NCBI GenBank assembly: GCA_963816145.1 | Contig: CAWFJP010000030.1 | Coordinates: forward strand, 64,001 to 128,000 | Direction: 5' to 3' | Origin: an uncultured delta proteobacterium | GTDB lineage: Bacteria > Desulfobacterota > Binatia > UBA9968 | DNA: 64,000 bases | In this document: one piece after another, positions 40,310 to 49,600 of the stretch | Position numbering within the stretch: position 1 is the first letter of the stretch | How the letters are laid out: each line of letters opens with the position of its first letter | The notes under the pieces: generated by a model | Told to the model about the DNA's origin: nothing | The model's database searches: none | Seen by the model: only the letters and a program-made list of their open reading frames with translations | Made by a program: the position numbers and the translations under genes

Positions 40310-40388
40310 TTTGAACGGAGCGCTTGTCCTGAGCGTAGCGAAGCGGAGTCGAAGGAAAGCGATTGAACGGCTTGAACGATTTGAACGG
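40310..40388. repeat. Composite REP-like element (TTGAACG 9-mers with a GTCCTGAGC..GTCGAAG unit)
   Basis: ttgaacgg - gtcctgagcgtagcgaagcggagtcgaagg - gattgaacggcttgaacgatttgaacgg. Confidence 0.6.
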
Positions 40389-40716
40389 GCTTCAGTTCTG
40401 TATGGGCGCGTGCTATCGCTTCTCTCTTGGAGTCTTTGTTTCGGCGCGAAAAAGCTTCGGCTAAGCCCTTAAACCGCCCGCATACTGCACCCTTCTTTTT
40501 GTAGATCAATGCTTTGCGCTGGTCCGAGAGCGACGCTGAGCGTGACGATGCAGGTGCCGCGGTCGGTATCGCATCGGGGGCAATGATCGCCTTGAGCTCG
40601 TCCTTCGAGACAAGGCTGCTCGGCAGGATGTCCCTCGGTATCGTTTTTATTCGTATCGTTTTTATTCGTGGACGCCATCGATATATCCGGATAAAGTTTC
40701 GGCGCAGCCCCTGAAG

Positions 40717-41718
40717 GTGCCCATGCACAAACATTTAATGATGCGAGTGACGATAGCGGGTGGCTGCGCGCTCGCGTTGCTGCGATTCGGTGCCTGCGGC
40801 ATCGCGTCGGAATTCACTGCCGGCGCCGCCAATAGCGCCACACAGCCTTTGCCGATACGCGCACCCGAGAGGTTGTTCAGGGACTGTCCGGCTTGCCCGG
40901 AGATGGTGTGGATTCCGGGTGGACGGTTCGTCATGGGCGTGGCGCCGGGGGAAGAAGAGCGCGAGCAACTGGGCGAATCGTTTCGCCATCGCAGCCAGCC
41001 GCAGCGCGAGGTGACTGTGCGAAGTTTCGCTACCGGCAAATATGAGATCACACGAGGCCAGTACCGAGTGTTCGCCGAGGCAACGAACCGCGGCGGCGAC
41101 GGATGTTTTGTCTGGACTGGTAACGATTTCGCCATAGACAACACGAAGAACTGGCGCAATACCGGCTTTAGCCAGGACGACGCTCACCCGGCCGTGTGCG
41201 TCAGCTGGGAGGATGCCAACGCCTATGCGCGGTGGCTCAGCCGGACAACCGGAAAAAAATATCGCCTGCTGTCCGAAGCCGAATGGGAATATGCCGCCCG
41301 AGCGGGCGCCATGACGGCACGTTATTGGGGCAACGATGCCGACCAGTCCTGCGAGTATGCAAACGGCGCCGATCGCACCGCACAGGCGCAAATTCCAGAC
41401 GCGATCGCATCAAATGTCGCCAATTGCCGCGACCGCCATGCTTTCACCGCCCCGGTAGGCAGTTATCGCGCCAACTGGTTTGGCCTGCACGACATGCTGG
41501 GCAATGCGGGCGAGTGGACGCAGGACTGCTGGAACGGCGACTACAAAGGCGCGCCCACCGATGGCAGTGCGTGGGGCAGCGGCGAATGTTTCATGCGCGC
41601 CGTGCGCGGCGGCTCATGGGATGACAACCCGCTCGGCTTGCGCTCGGCGTACCGCGTTGGCAGCCCCATCGTCATCCGACTCTACAGCCGAGGCTTTCGC
41701 GTCGCGCGCGACGATTGA
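40717..41718 (+). CDS. Formylglycine-generating enzyme (FGE-sulfatase) domain protein
   Basis: FRDCPACPEM, HPAVCVSW, RLLSEAEWEYAARAG, FGLHDMLGN, RGGSW, GFRVAR. Confidence 0.9.
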   Translation: MPMHKHLMMRVTIAGGCALALLRFGACGIASEFTAGAANSATQPLPIRAPERLFRDCPACPEMVWIPGGRFVMGVAPGEEEREQLGESFRHRSQPQREVTVRSFATGKYEITRGQYRVFAEATNRGGDGCFVWTGNDFAIDNTKNWRNTGFSQDDAHPAVCVSWEDANAYARWLSRTTGKKYRLLSEAEWEYAARAGAMTARYWGNDADQSCEYANGADRTAQAQIPDAIASNVANCRDRHAFTAPVGSYRANWFGLHDMLGNAGEWTQDCWNGDYKGAPTDGSAWGSGECFMRAVRGGSWDDNPLGLRSAYRVGSPIVIRLYSRGFRVARDD

Positions 41719-41840
41719 CTCTAGCGCTAGCCATCAAATACTTTTAAAATCGCTTATTATTGGGCTGCCAAGGATGGTGGCCTTCGCTCCCGGCAATGAG
41801 TTTGGCGTGAAAGCCTAGTGCGTACGCGGTATTCCTCAAT

Positions 41841-43136
41841 ATGAAATACTTTGTCCTGATTGCTGCTTTGCTGATGAGCGCGCCGGTTTTCGGCGCCCTG
41901 CCGGGCGTTACGGAGTTAAAAATGCCGCCCGAAAAAATCCCCGACGCTGAACTCTCGGCACTGTTGGACGAGCGCGTCGCCGCAGCCGACGTTATCGCCA
42001 TCGGCGAAACGGTGCACGGCTCGTCGGCATTCCTGAAATTACAAGCACGCCTAATCCGTTACCTGGTTGCCAAGCACGGCTTACGGTTGATCGTCTGGGA
42101 AAACCCGCCGCTGCGCAGCCTCGAACTGAGCCGCTGGCTTGCCTCGTGCATCGAGACCAGGTCGCCGGCACCGGTGGCTGTGCTGTATTTCCCGACGGCA
42201 TCCGACGCCCCGTTGCTCGAATGGATGTGCGATTTCAACCGTTCCAACCCGGGCAATCCGATCATTTTCCGCGGCATGGATGTGTGGGACCGGCCTTGGG
42301 AACACTATGCGCGTATCCAGTCTCTGGGCATTCCTGTGGGGATCGATCCCGCGCGCCTCAAAAACGTCGAGAGCCACTGTCCCGCGCATCGAGCATCGAC
42401 ATGGGCGGAGGTCGACGCGGTTTTTGAAAACGTAGCAGCCGGCGAAAAATCTCTCCCCGACGCCGATTACCAAAAATGCCGCGCCTCGTTGACCGCGCTG
42501 CTCGACAGCGCGCGGCAATCGGGCCTGGAGAAGCAAAAGAAAAAAGCGCCGGGTGCCGATGATGCCTTTGAAGTGGCGATTTCCGCTTCAACCCTGCTGG
42601 GGTGGCTGGGCTATCACAACCAGCAGTGGTCGAACGATATCTTGAGCTGGAATGAACGCGACCTTGCGCAGGGCAGAAATTTGCTGTTGCTCATGGCCAA
42701 ACATGGTGCCACTCGCGCCATCCTATCGGCCCACAGCAGCCATGTGTCGCACAACCGCTCGCCGGCCGACTGGTGGGGCTACGGCGATCTTAAATCGGGC
42801 GTGTACTTTTTCACCCAGATGACCCGAAAAAAGGTTTTTAATATCGCGTTGACCGCTCACGAAGCCAGCGGCGCGCAAGGCGAATGGTCGCTGCCCACGG
42901 CTGGCAATTCGCTGGATAAAAAACTCACCGATGCCGGGCATGTGTTCTCGTTTTTCGCGTCAAACGCCGCTTTTTTGTCGGAACACAAAAAATGGTGGAT
43001 GCAAAACCAGAACTACCCAGGAACCTACGAAAGTGGCGTTGAACTTGTCCCGCCCGATCACTTTGACGCGTTTTTCTTTTTCAAACGGTCGCACCTGGAC
43101 AAGGCGTTGCCGGCGCGGCCGATGTGGCAGCCTTGA
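41841..43136 (+). CDS. Erythromycin esterase family (EreA-like) secreted protein
   Basis: VIAIGETVHG, FRGMD, ERD....NL, ILSAHSSH; signal peptide. Confidence 0.75.
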   Translation: MKYFVLIAALLMSAPVFGALPGVTELKMPPEKIPDAELSALLDERVAAADVIAIGETVHGSSAFLKLQARLIRYLVAKHGLRLIVWENPPLRSLELSRWLASCIETRSPAPVAVLYFPTASDAPLLEWMCDFNRSNPGNPIIFRGMDVWDRPWEHYARIQSLGIPVGIDPARLKNVESHCPAHRASTWAEVDAVFENVAAGEKSLPDADYQKCRASLTALLDSARQSGLEKQKKKAPGADDAFEVAISASTLLGWLGYHNQQWSNDILSWNERDLAQGRNLLLLMAKHGATRAILSAHSSHVSHNRSPADWWGYGDLKSGVYFFTQMTRKKVFNIALTAHEASGAQGEWSLPTAGNSLDKKLTDAGHVFSFFASNAAFLSEHKKWWMQNQNYPGTYESGVELVPPDHFDAFFFFKRSHLDKALPARPMWQP

Positions 43137-44346
43137 GCGACAATGCCGATCGCACTGTTCCGAAACGACGCGGGCACTACAGGGACATCCTATAATTTTC
43201 CTGTCAAGTAGCAATTTACTGACACCCGTCCATCGAGCATGTTAGCCCCTTGCGAATGCGTTGTTGTTGAACCGGCGAAGCTATCACTTTGAACTCTGCA
43301 GCTAGAGCGGCTCTCTATTCCCCTAGACGCTGATAGATTCCCGGACGAAAATATCGAGCACTTTTAACGTGCGGAACCTCCCCCTGCGTAAAGCAATGGC
43401 AAGGCAAGATTCGATTAAGGTCGCGCGTGGACAGGGTTGAGTAAACAAATGAGTATCTTGCCGAAGCGGTTTCCCGATCCGGCCGCCGGCACCACCTTGG
43501 TGTTTCCCGCAGATGTCGTGAGAACCGCCTCTGCCTAGAGCAAGTCGTAGCCGTGCACGTCAGCGTCTAGCGAAATGGTTCTTTGAGTGACGTGATTGCC
43601 ATCAAAAATGCCCCTCAACAAACCACCGACGGCGCGGGGCTTTGTCTTTGAGAGCCGATAGGCGCTTTCGCTGGGCCAGAGTCCTGCGCGGGCTTCCCGG
43701 CCGCTTACTGAGCTCATCATCGGTCAGCGTGGCCATCACCGCAGGATCCAAACACCACCGCACTAACGTTAACACCTCGTTGGCTCCCCAATGACAATAC
43801 AACGGAACCCGAGAAGAACTTCGCCACCAAGTCATTCGCATACCTGCTGCTCAACACGCCGCTGGATTCTCCTTGAGTTTTCGTTGCGTCGTTATCGGTT
43901 GCGCAACGGCCGCTTCTGCAGGATACTGTCGTAGTTTCAGTGGAAATCAGGTCCGCCACCACATTGGCGCTGTCTTGGTCTGCTTGTTCCAGCGCATCGA
44001 GCAGCAGCGGTCGTGGCAGACTGGGGAGAGACCAAAACGCAACTTGCCGTGATCAAATGACTTTTCGGCATGGCAACCTCCCGCCGTGAGAGAAACTTAG
44101 GACTCATTAATAAAATGGCACTCCACCTCATCGATTCACGAGCCAGCGCCGTCGAAGTTCCCGCGTCCCTGAAAGCTTGAACTAGAGTCGGCATCGGTCG
44201 TCGGAGTTTACGAACTTTCGTTTGGCTGAGACATGAAGTTATTCGACGTGCGTGCGACGATGTTCGGTATTTTTAGCTGCCCTCGTTTCAAGTTGAGAAA
44301 AACATTGATCCAGCGGATTTCATAGGAGGAAATCCGCACGGCTTTC

Positions 44347-44619
44347 AATATCCAACGCCGCCTGTTTCCGGCGACTTAGTAAATGATCGAACCCTGCTCT
44401 ATTTGTTGTTTTCGTGTTTCGTATTCCCGGCGCGATATTCTTTCTTCTCTATAGTCATCGTTTAGCCTATCCATCTGGTAAAATGCACGATAATATCCAA
44501 CGTGCCTGTTTCCGGCGACTTAGTAAATGATCGAACCCTGCTCTATTTGTTGTTTTCGTGTTTCGTATTCCCGGCGCGATATTCTTTCTTCTCTATAGTC
44601 TCGTTAGCCTATCCATCTG
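44347..44619. repeat. Two direct copies of about 130 bp (44347-44477, 44492-44619)
   Basis: Near-identical sequence differing by a few small indels or substitutions. Confidence 0.9.
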
Positions 44620-44744
44620 CGCCTTTTGGCTTGAATCTCATAGCCCGCGCCAGTGGCGACCGCTCCGGTGGCGGCCCCGGCGAGGAACTGACATCCCCAC
44701 TGACATGTAGTCAGCAGCATCAACAATGCAAAATATTTTTTCAT
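44520..44744 (-). pseudogene. Small lipoprotein-like gene (not in ORF track), interrupted by compensating indels
   Basis: GGAGG RBS; MKKYFALLMLLTTCQWGCQFLAGAATGAVATGAGYEIQAKR; the duplicate copy supplies QMDRLNDDYREERISRREYETRKQQIEQGSIIY. Confidence 0.7.
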
Positions 44745-44808
44745 AGTTCGGCCCTCCGTTGGTTAAAGGATAGACATCCTTTTGTTCGACGCTCGGTAAT
44801 GGATAAGG

Positions 44809-44823
44809 GCAAAGGAGATGCCA
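44809..44823 (-). promoter_or_regulatory. sigma54 -24/-12 promoter
   Basis: TGGCAT-CTCCT-TTGC, with upstream motif at 44900-44919. Confidence 0.75.
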
Positions 44824-45117
44824 ACCCGGCCGAATGAATCAAACCTTTGATTTCCAGCAAGAAAGCGATGCCGGGAGCGAATCGGTAAGATTTCTTTTTT
44901 GAAGGGATTTGCCCCTGTGAGCGGGATTTTACTAACAGTGGATGCGGCTTGGATGTAAGCAGGAAAATCGCCGAGCATCGGGCGCAACATTCAAAATCTT
45001 TTCCATAATTGCGGTGCGTCGTCCGACCAGCGCTGGAATGAATTTGGCCTCAAGTGCCGCGAGATCCGCGGCATCAAACGATAACTGAAAGGCGTTCGCC
45101 AGACCGCAGGAAGGAGA

Positions 45118-46680
45118 TCAAAACTGTTCAGGTTCGAGTTGTTTGTCTTGGGCGAAATTCTGATTTAGCGGAAGGTGAATAGTGAAGGTGGTTCCCTGTC
45201 CAGGCTCGCTTACCACGTCGATCCTACCGCCGTGAGATTTTATGATTCGCTCACATATCGGCAGACCCAAGCCCATGCCGCGCCACTTCTTAGCGGTAAA
45301 AAATGGCTGAAAGATCTTGGGCAGAGTGTCCGCGTCAATGCCAAAACCGGTATCCGCCACGGCTAGAATCATCTGGTCGGGCGAATTTTGCATTGCCCTC
45401 AACGTTAGCTTTCCACCAGCCGGCATGGCATCCACGGCATTCAAACACAGATTCACCAGCACCTGTTGCAGCTGCTGCGGGTCGGCATGGATGCGCGGCA
45501 ATTGCGGCGCGATCGCCTTGATGGCTTCGACGTTTTGCTTGTACAGCCTTGTCGAGATCATCTCCAACGTTTTATCAACGATCGCTTCGACCTCGGTCAA
45601 AATGAAATCCGTGCTTTTGGGCCGTCCGAATTCCAAAAGATCTCGCACCATTTTTTCACAGCGTTTGGTCTCTTCGGAGATAATCTGTATGGGACGATAG
45701 TTCGGGTCGGCGGGGTCCATGTCAGTTAAAAGTCCTTGAGCAAAGCCAAGAACTATCCCCAAAGGGTTGTTGAACTCATGGGCCATGGAAGCCGATAGCT
45801 CACCGACCGAAACCAGACGGCCCGAGGCGATGAGTTGCTGCTCCAGTTCCTGCGCTTGTTGGCGGAGCTTCTGCTCACTTTCGCGCAGGGCCTGCTCCGT
45901 CTGTTTACGATTGGTGATATCGATGATAGACACGAGGACGAAAGTTACGTCATTGATTTGGATCGGGTTGAGGCCGATCTCGACGGAAACCTCTGATCCA
46001 TCCTTGCGCATGCCAAAGAGGTCAAGACCCGCTCCCATGGGTCGTGATTTTGGATAGGAAAAAAAACTCGCCCGGAAGTCGGCATGTTTCCCGCGAAAGC
46101 GTTCCGGCACGAGCATTTCGATGGACTCGCGGAGCAGCTCCTCACGGGTATACCCGAAAAGATGCTCGGCGTGAGCGTTGGCCAGGACGATGCGCCCATC
46201 CTTTCCAACCATAATCATAGCGTTTGGCGAAGCTTCAACCGCAAGGTGAAACCGCGCCTCACTTTGCTCGAGCGCTTGCTGCTTGACCCGCTCATTCATG
46301 CGGAACAGATCAACGAACACCGCGACCTTGGCTTTCACGACTTCCGGAACGACTGGTTTGAAAAGATAATCGACCGCCCCGCAGACTACCCCTCGATAGA
46401 CGTCCGATTCCAAGGTATCCACCGCGGAAAGAAAAATGATCGGCACGTGGCGCAACCGCTCGCGTTGCCGGATCAGCGCCGCGGTCTCGAATCCGTCCAT
46501 CTCCGGCATGCGCACGTCGAGCAGGATGACGGCAAATTCCTGCCGCATGAGTTCGCGCAGCGCGTCAGTGCCCGACCGAGCCTTGACGATCTTGCGCCCC
46601 GGCCCCGAGAGCAGGGCTTCCATAGCGAGCAAACTTTTTTCGTCGTCGTCAACGACCAAAATGTTCGCCGTGGATTGCAT
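45118..46680 (-). CDS. REC-PAS-HisKA-HATPase histidine kinase
   Basis: ILVVDDD, LLDVRMP, PAS (EASPNAM, LFGY), AHEFNNPL, GMGLGL. Confidence 0.92.
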   Translation of the reverse strand: MQSTANILVVDDDEKSLLAMEALLSGPGRKIVKARSGTDALRELMRQEFAVILLDVRMPEMDGFETAALIRQRERLRHVPIIFLSAVDTLESDVYRGVVCGAVDYLFKPVVPEVVKAKVAVFVDLFRMNERVKQQALEQSEARFHLAVEASPNAMIMVGKDGRIVLANAHAEHLFGYTREELLRESIEMLVPERFRGKHADFRASFFSYPKSRPMGAGLDLFGMRKDGSEVSVEIGLNPIQINDVTFVLVSIIDITNRKQTEQALRESEQKLRQQAQELEQQLIASGRLVSVGELSASMAHEFNNPLGIVLGFAQGLLTDMDPADPNYRPIQIISEETKRCEKMVRDLLEFGRPKSTDFILTEVEAIVDKTLEMISTRLYKQNVEAIKAIAPQLPRIHADPQQLQQVLVNLCLNAVDAMPAGGKLTLRAMQNSPDQMILAVADTGFGIDADTLPKIFQPFFTAKKWRGMGLGLPICERIIKSHGGRIDVVSEPGQGTTFTIHLPLNQNFAQDKQLEPEQF

Positions 46681-49600
46681 TGTAGCGACCTCCTCGTCGC
46701 GCCTGTTGCTTGCCGAATAACCAGATGCGCAACAGTCCAATCAGCTCCTCGCTGTTTACCGGTTTGGCGATATAATCAGACGCCCCCGCTTCCAAACATT
46801 TTTCCCGGTCGCCTTTCATCGCTCTGGCGGTAAGAGCAAGAATCGGCAGGATCTTGTGTCTGGGGTTTTGGCGGATGCGGCGCGTGATTTCGTAGCCGTC
46901 CATTTCCGGCATCATGATGTCCAAGAGCACAGCGTCGATATCGTCGTCTTGATCGAGCAGCGTAATCGCCTCACGACCGGTCTCGGAGTTTACCACCCGC
47001 AGCCCATGCTGCTCGAGCAGACTGGTCAAAGCGAAGATGTTGCGCACGTCATCGTCCACCACGAGCACTTTCCGGCCGTTCAGCGCTTCGTCGGACCGGT
47101 GCAAACGTTCCAGCATTTGCTGTTTGGCAGGCGGCAGCTCCGCAGCGATAGTGTGTAGAAATAGCGTCGTCTCGTCGAGCAGCCGCTCGGGAGATTCTAC
47201 CCCCTTGAGCACCACGCTCTCGGCCATCCGAATAAGTTTCAACTCATCCGCCTCGCTCAGTTCCTGGCCAGTGAACACGACGATCGGGAGATCGCGCAGC
47301 TCCGGCTCTTGACGGATCCGCTCCAACAACTCGAAGCCGGAGATATCCGGCAGTCGAAGATCAAGCACCACGCAGTCGAATTTTTGGCCATGCAGTGCGT
47401 CCCACGATTCGGCACCGCTCGCCGCGGCAACGATCTCAACACCATTGTGAGTGAGAAGCTCAATGATGCTCTGGCGCTCGATGTCGTTATCTTCGATGAT
47501 GAGTAAGCGTCTCTGACGCGCTTGCGCATAGCGGGTGACCCGGTCGATGGCCTCTCTCAGTTCGTCCGTCGTGGCCGGCTTGATCAGATAGGAAAACGCG
47601 CCGCGACCGAGCCCATGGAGCCTTTCCTCTTCCACGCTAACGACCTGGACCGGTATATGACGAGTGGCCGGATCTTGCTTCAAGTGGTTCAATACCGTCC
47701 ATCCCAACATGTCGGGCAGGAAGATATCGAGCACGATCGCCTGAGGCTTGAATTCGTGGGTTAAGGAACGCACCGGAGCGCCGCGAGCCGTCACTACTCC
47801 TTTGAAGCCGCGCTCCCGCGCCAGTCCCAACAAGACCCCGGCGAAATGCGGGTCGTCCTCGACAATCAAGACCACCGGATCGCCCGGCTCCACGGAGTCT
47901 CGGTCGTCGGCAACCTCTTCCGCCTTGACCGCTTGCTGGACGATCAGCGGCATCGGACTCACCGCGGTGCGTCGGGCGTCGACGGTCACGAGTCCGTAGT
48001 TTTGCGGCAGATACAGCGTAAAGGTGCTCCCGAGTGTGGGCGCGCTGATGAGGCGAATCTCGCCGCCGAGCAGAGTCGCCAGCTCGCGGCTAATCGCCAA
48101 GCCCAGACCCGTCCCGCCGTAACGCCGGCTCGTACCCGCGTCAGCCTGGTGGAAGGCTTCAAAAATGATCTTCTGCTTGTCCTGGGCGATGCCGATGCCG
48201 GTGTCTTTAACCTCGAAGGCAATCACCGTCGCAGCGCTTGCCAGCAGCTGATGATCGGGACTAAAACCGCTCTTCGCGACTTTCATAGTGAACGTGACGC
48301 TGCCGTGGCTGGTGAACTTAAACGCGTTGGACAGCAGGTTCTTTAACACCTGCTGCAAGCGCTTCAGGTCCGTGGTCAGCGCGGTCGGCAGCTCATCATC
48401 CATTTCAATATGAAAAGCCAGATGGCGCGCCTCGGCGACGTGGCGGAAGCTTCGCTCCACCGCCTCGCGCAGCTTGGCGAACGATACTGCTTCCGGTTCG
48501 ACCGTAACTGTGCCCGATTCGATCTTGGAGAGATCGAGAATGTCAGTGATCAGATTCAGCAAATCGGTGCCGGCAGCGTGAATATTCTTGGAAAACTCGA
48601 CCTGCTTCGGCTCCAGGTTGTGCGCGGAATTGTCGGCCAGCTGCTGGGCCAGAATTAAGATACTGTTAAGCGGCGTGCGCAACTCGTGCGACATATTGGC
48701 AAGAAATTCAGATTTGTACTTGGAAGTCAGCGCCAGCTCGGCGGCTTTTTCCTCTAGCGCATGTCGCGCCTGCTCGATTTCTTGATTCTTCCGCTCGACC
48801 TCGGCATTTTGCTCGGCCAGCTGTTTCGCCTTAGTGCCAAGTTCCTGATTGGTTTGCTGTAATTCAGTCTGCTGCGCCTGCAGCTCTCGGGCAAGCTCCT
48901 GTGACTGCTGCAGCAAACCTTCAGTGCGCATAGTCGCCTCAATCGTGTTGAGCACAATGCCGATGCTTTCGGTGAGCTGAGCGAGAAAGGTCTGGTGCGT
49001 TGAGGTAAACTCTTTGACCGAGGCCAATTCAATGACGGCTTTGGTCGCGCCCTCAAAGAGCACCGGGAAGACAATCAAGTTACGCGCCCGGGTATCGCCC
49101 AGGGCGGAGCCGATGCGGACGTAATCTCCCGGCACATCGTCGAGAAGGATTCGCCGTTTTTCCAGTGCGCATTGGCCGACCAGACCGGCGCCCAAAGGCA
49201 GACGGTCCGGCACACTCCGGCTGTCAGCCCCGGCATAGCTTGACAGCACCTGAAGGCAGGCGTCACCATTGCTGGCATTCATTTGATAGATCGCGCCGTA
49301 CTGTGCGTTCACCAGAGGCGCCAATTCCGAGAGCAGCATCTGTCCGACCGCGGTAAGATCGCGCTGGCCCTGGAGCATGCTCGTGAACCTGGCGAGGTTG
49401 GTCTTGAGCCAATCCTGCTCCTTGTTCTCGTCCGTGGTGGCGCGCAGGTTATGAATCATTGAGTTGATGTTGTCTTTGAGCTCTGCGACCTCGCCACGCA
49501 CATCCACTTGAATCGCACGCGTGAGATCTCCCTTGGTGACGGCGGTAGCGACATCCGCGATGGCGCGCACCTGAGTGGTCAAATTGGCCGCCAACAGGTT

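Noticed and set aside
40637-40668. 15-bp tandem duplication GTATCGTTTTTATTC x2
   Set aside because: Only two units in a region without a credible gene; probably a slippage event
41841-43136. Macrolide resistance gene
   Set aside because: Family motifs only; most EreA-like proteins are not shown to confer resistance
44347-44619. Duplicated ncRNA or att-site pair
   Set aside because: The repeat is explained as the coding 3' half of a small lipoprotein gene
44857-44873. Additional sigma54 site CGGCAT-N7-TTGC
   Set aside because: Spacing is 2 bp too long; a correctly spaced site exists at 44809-44823
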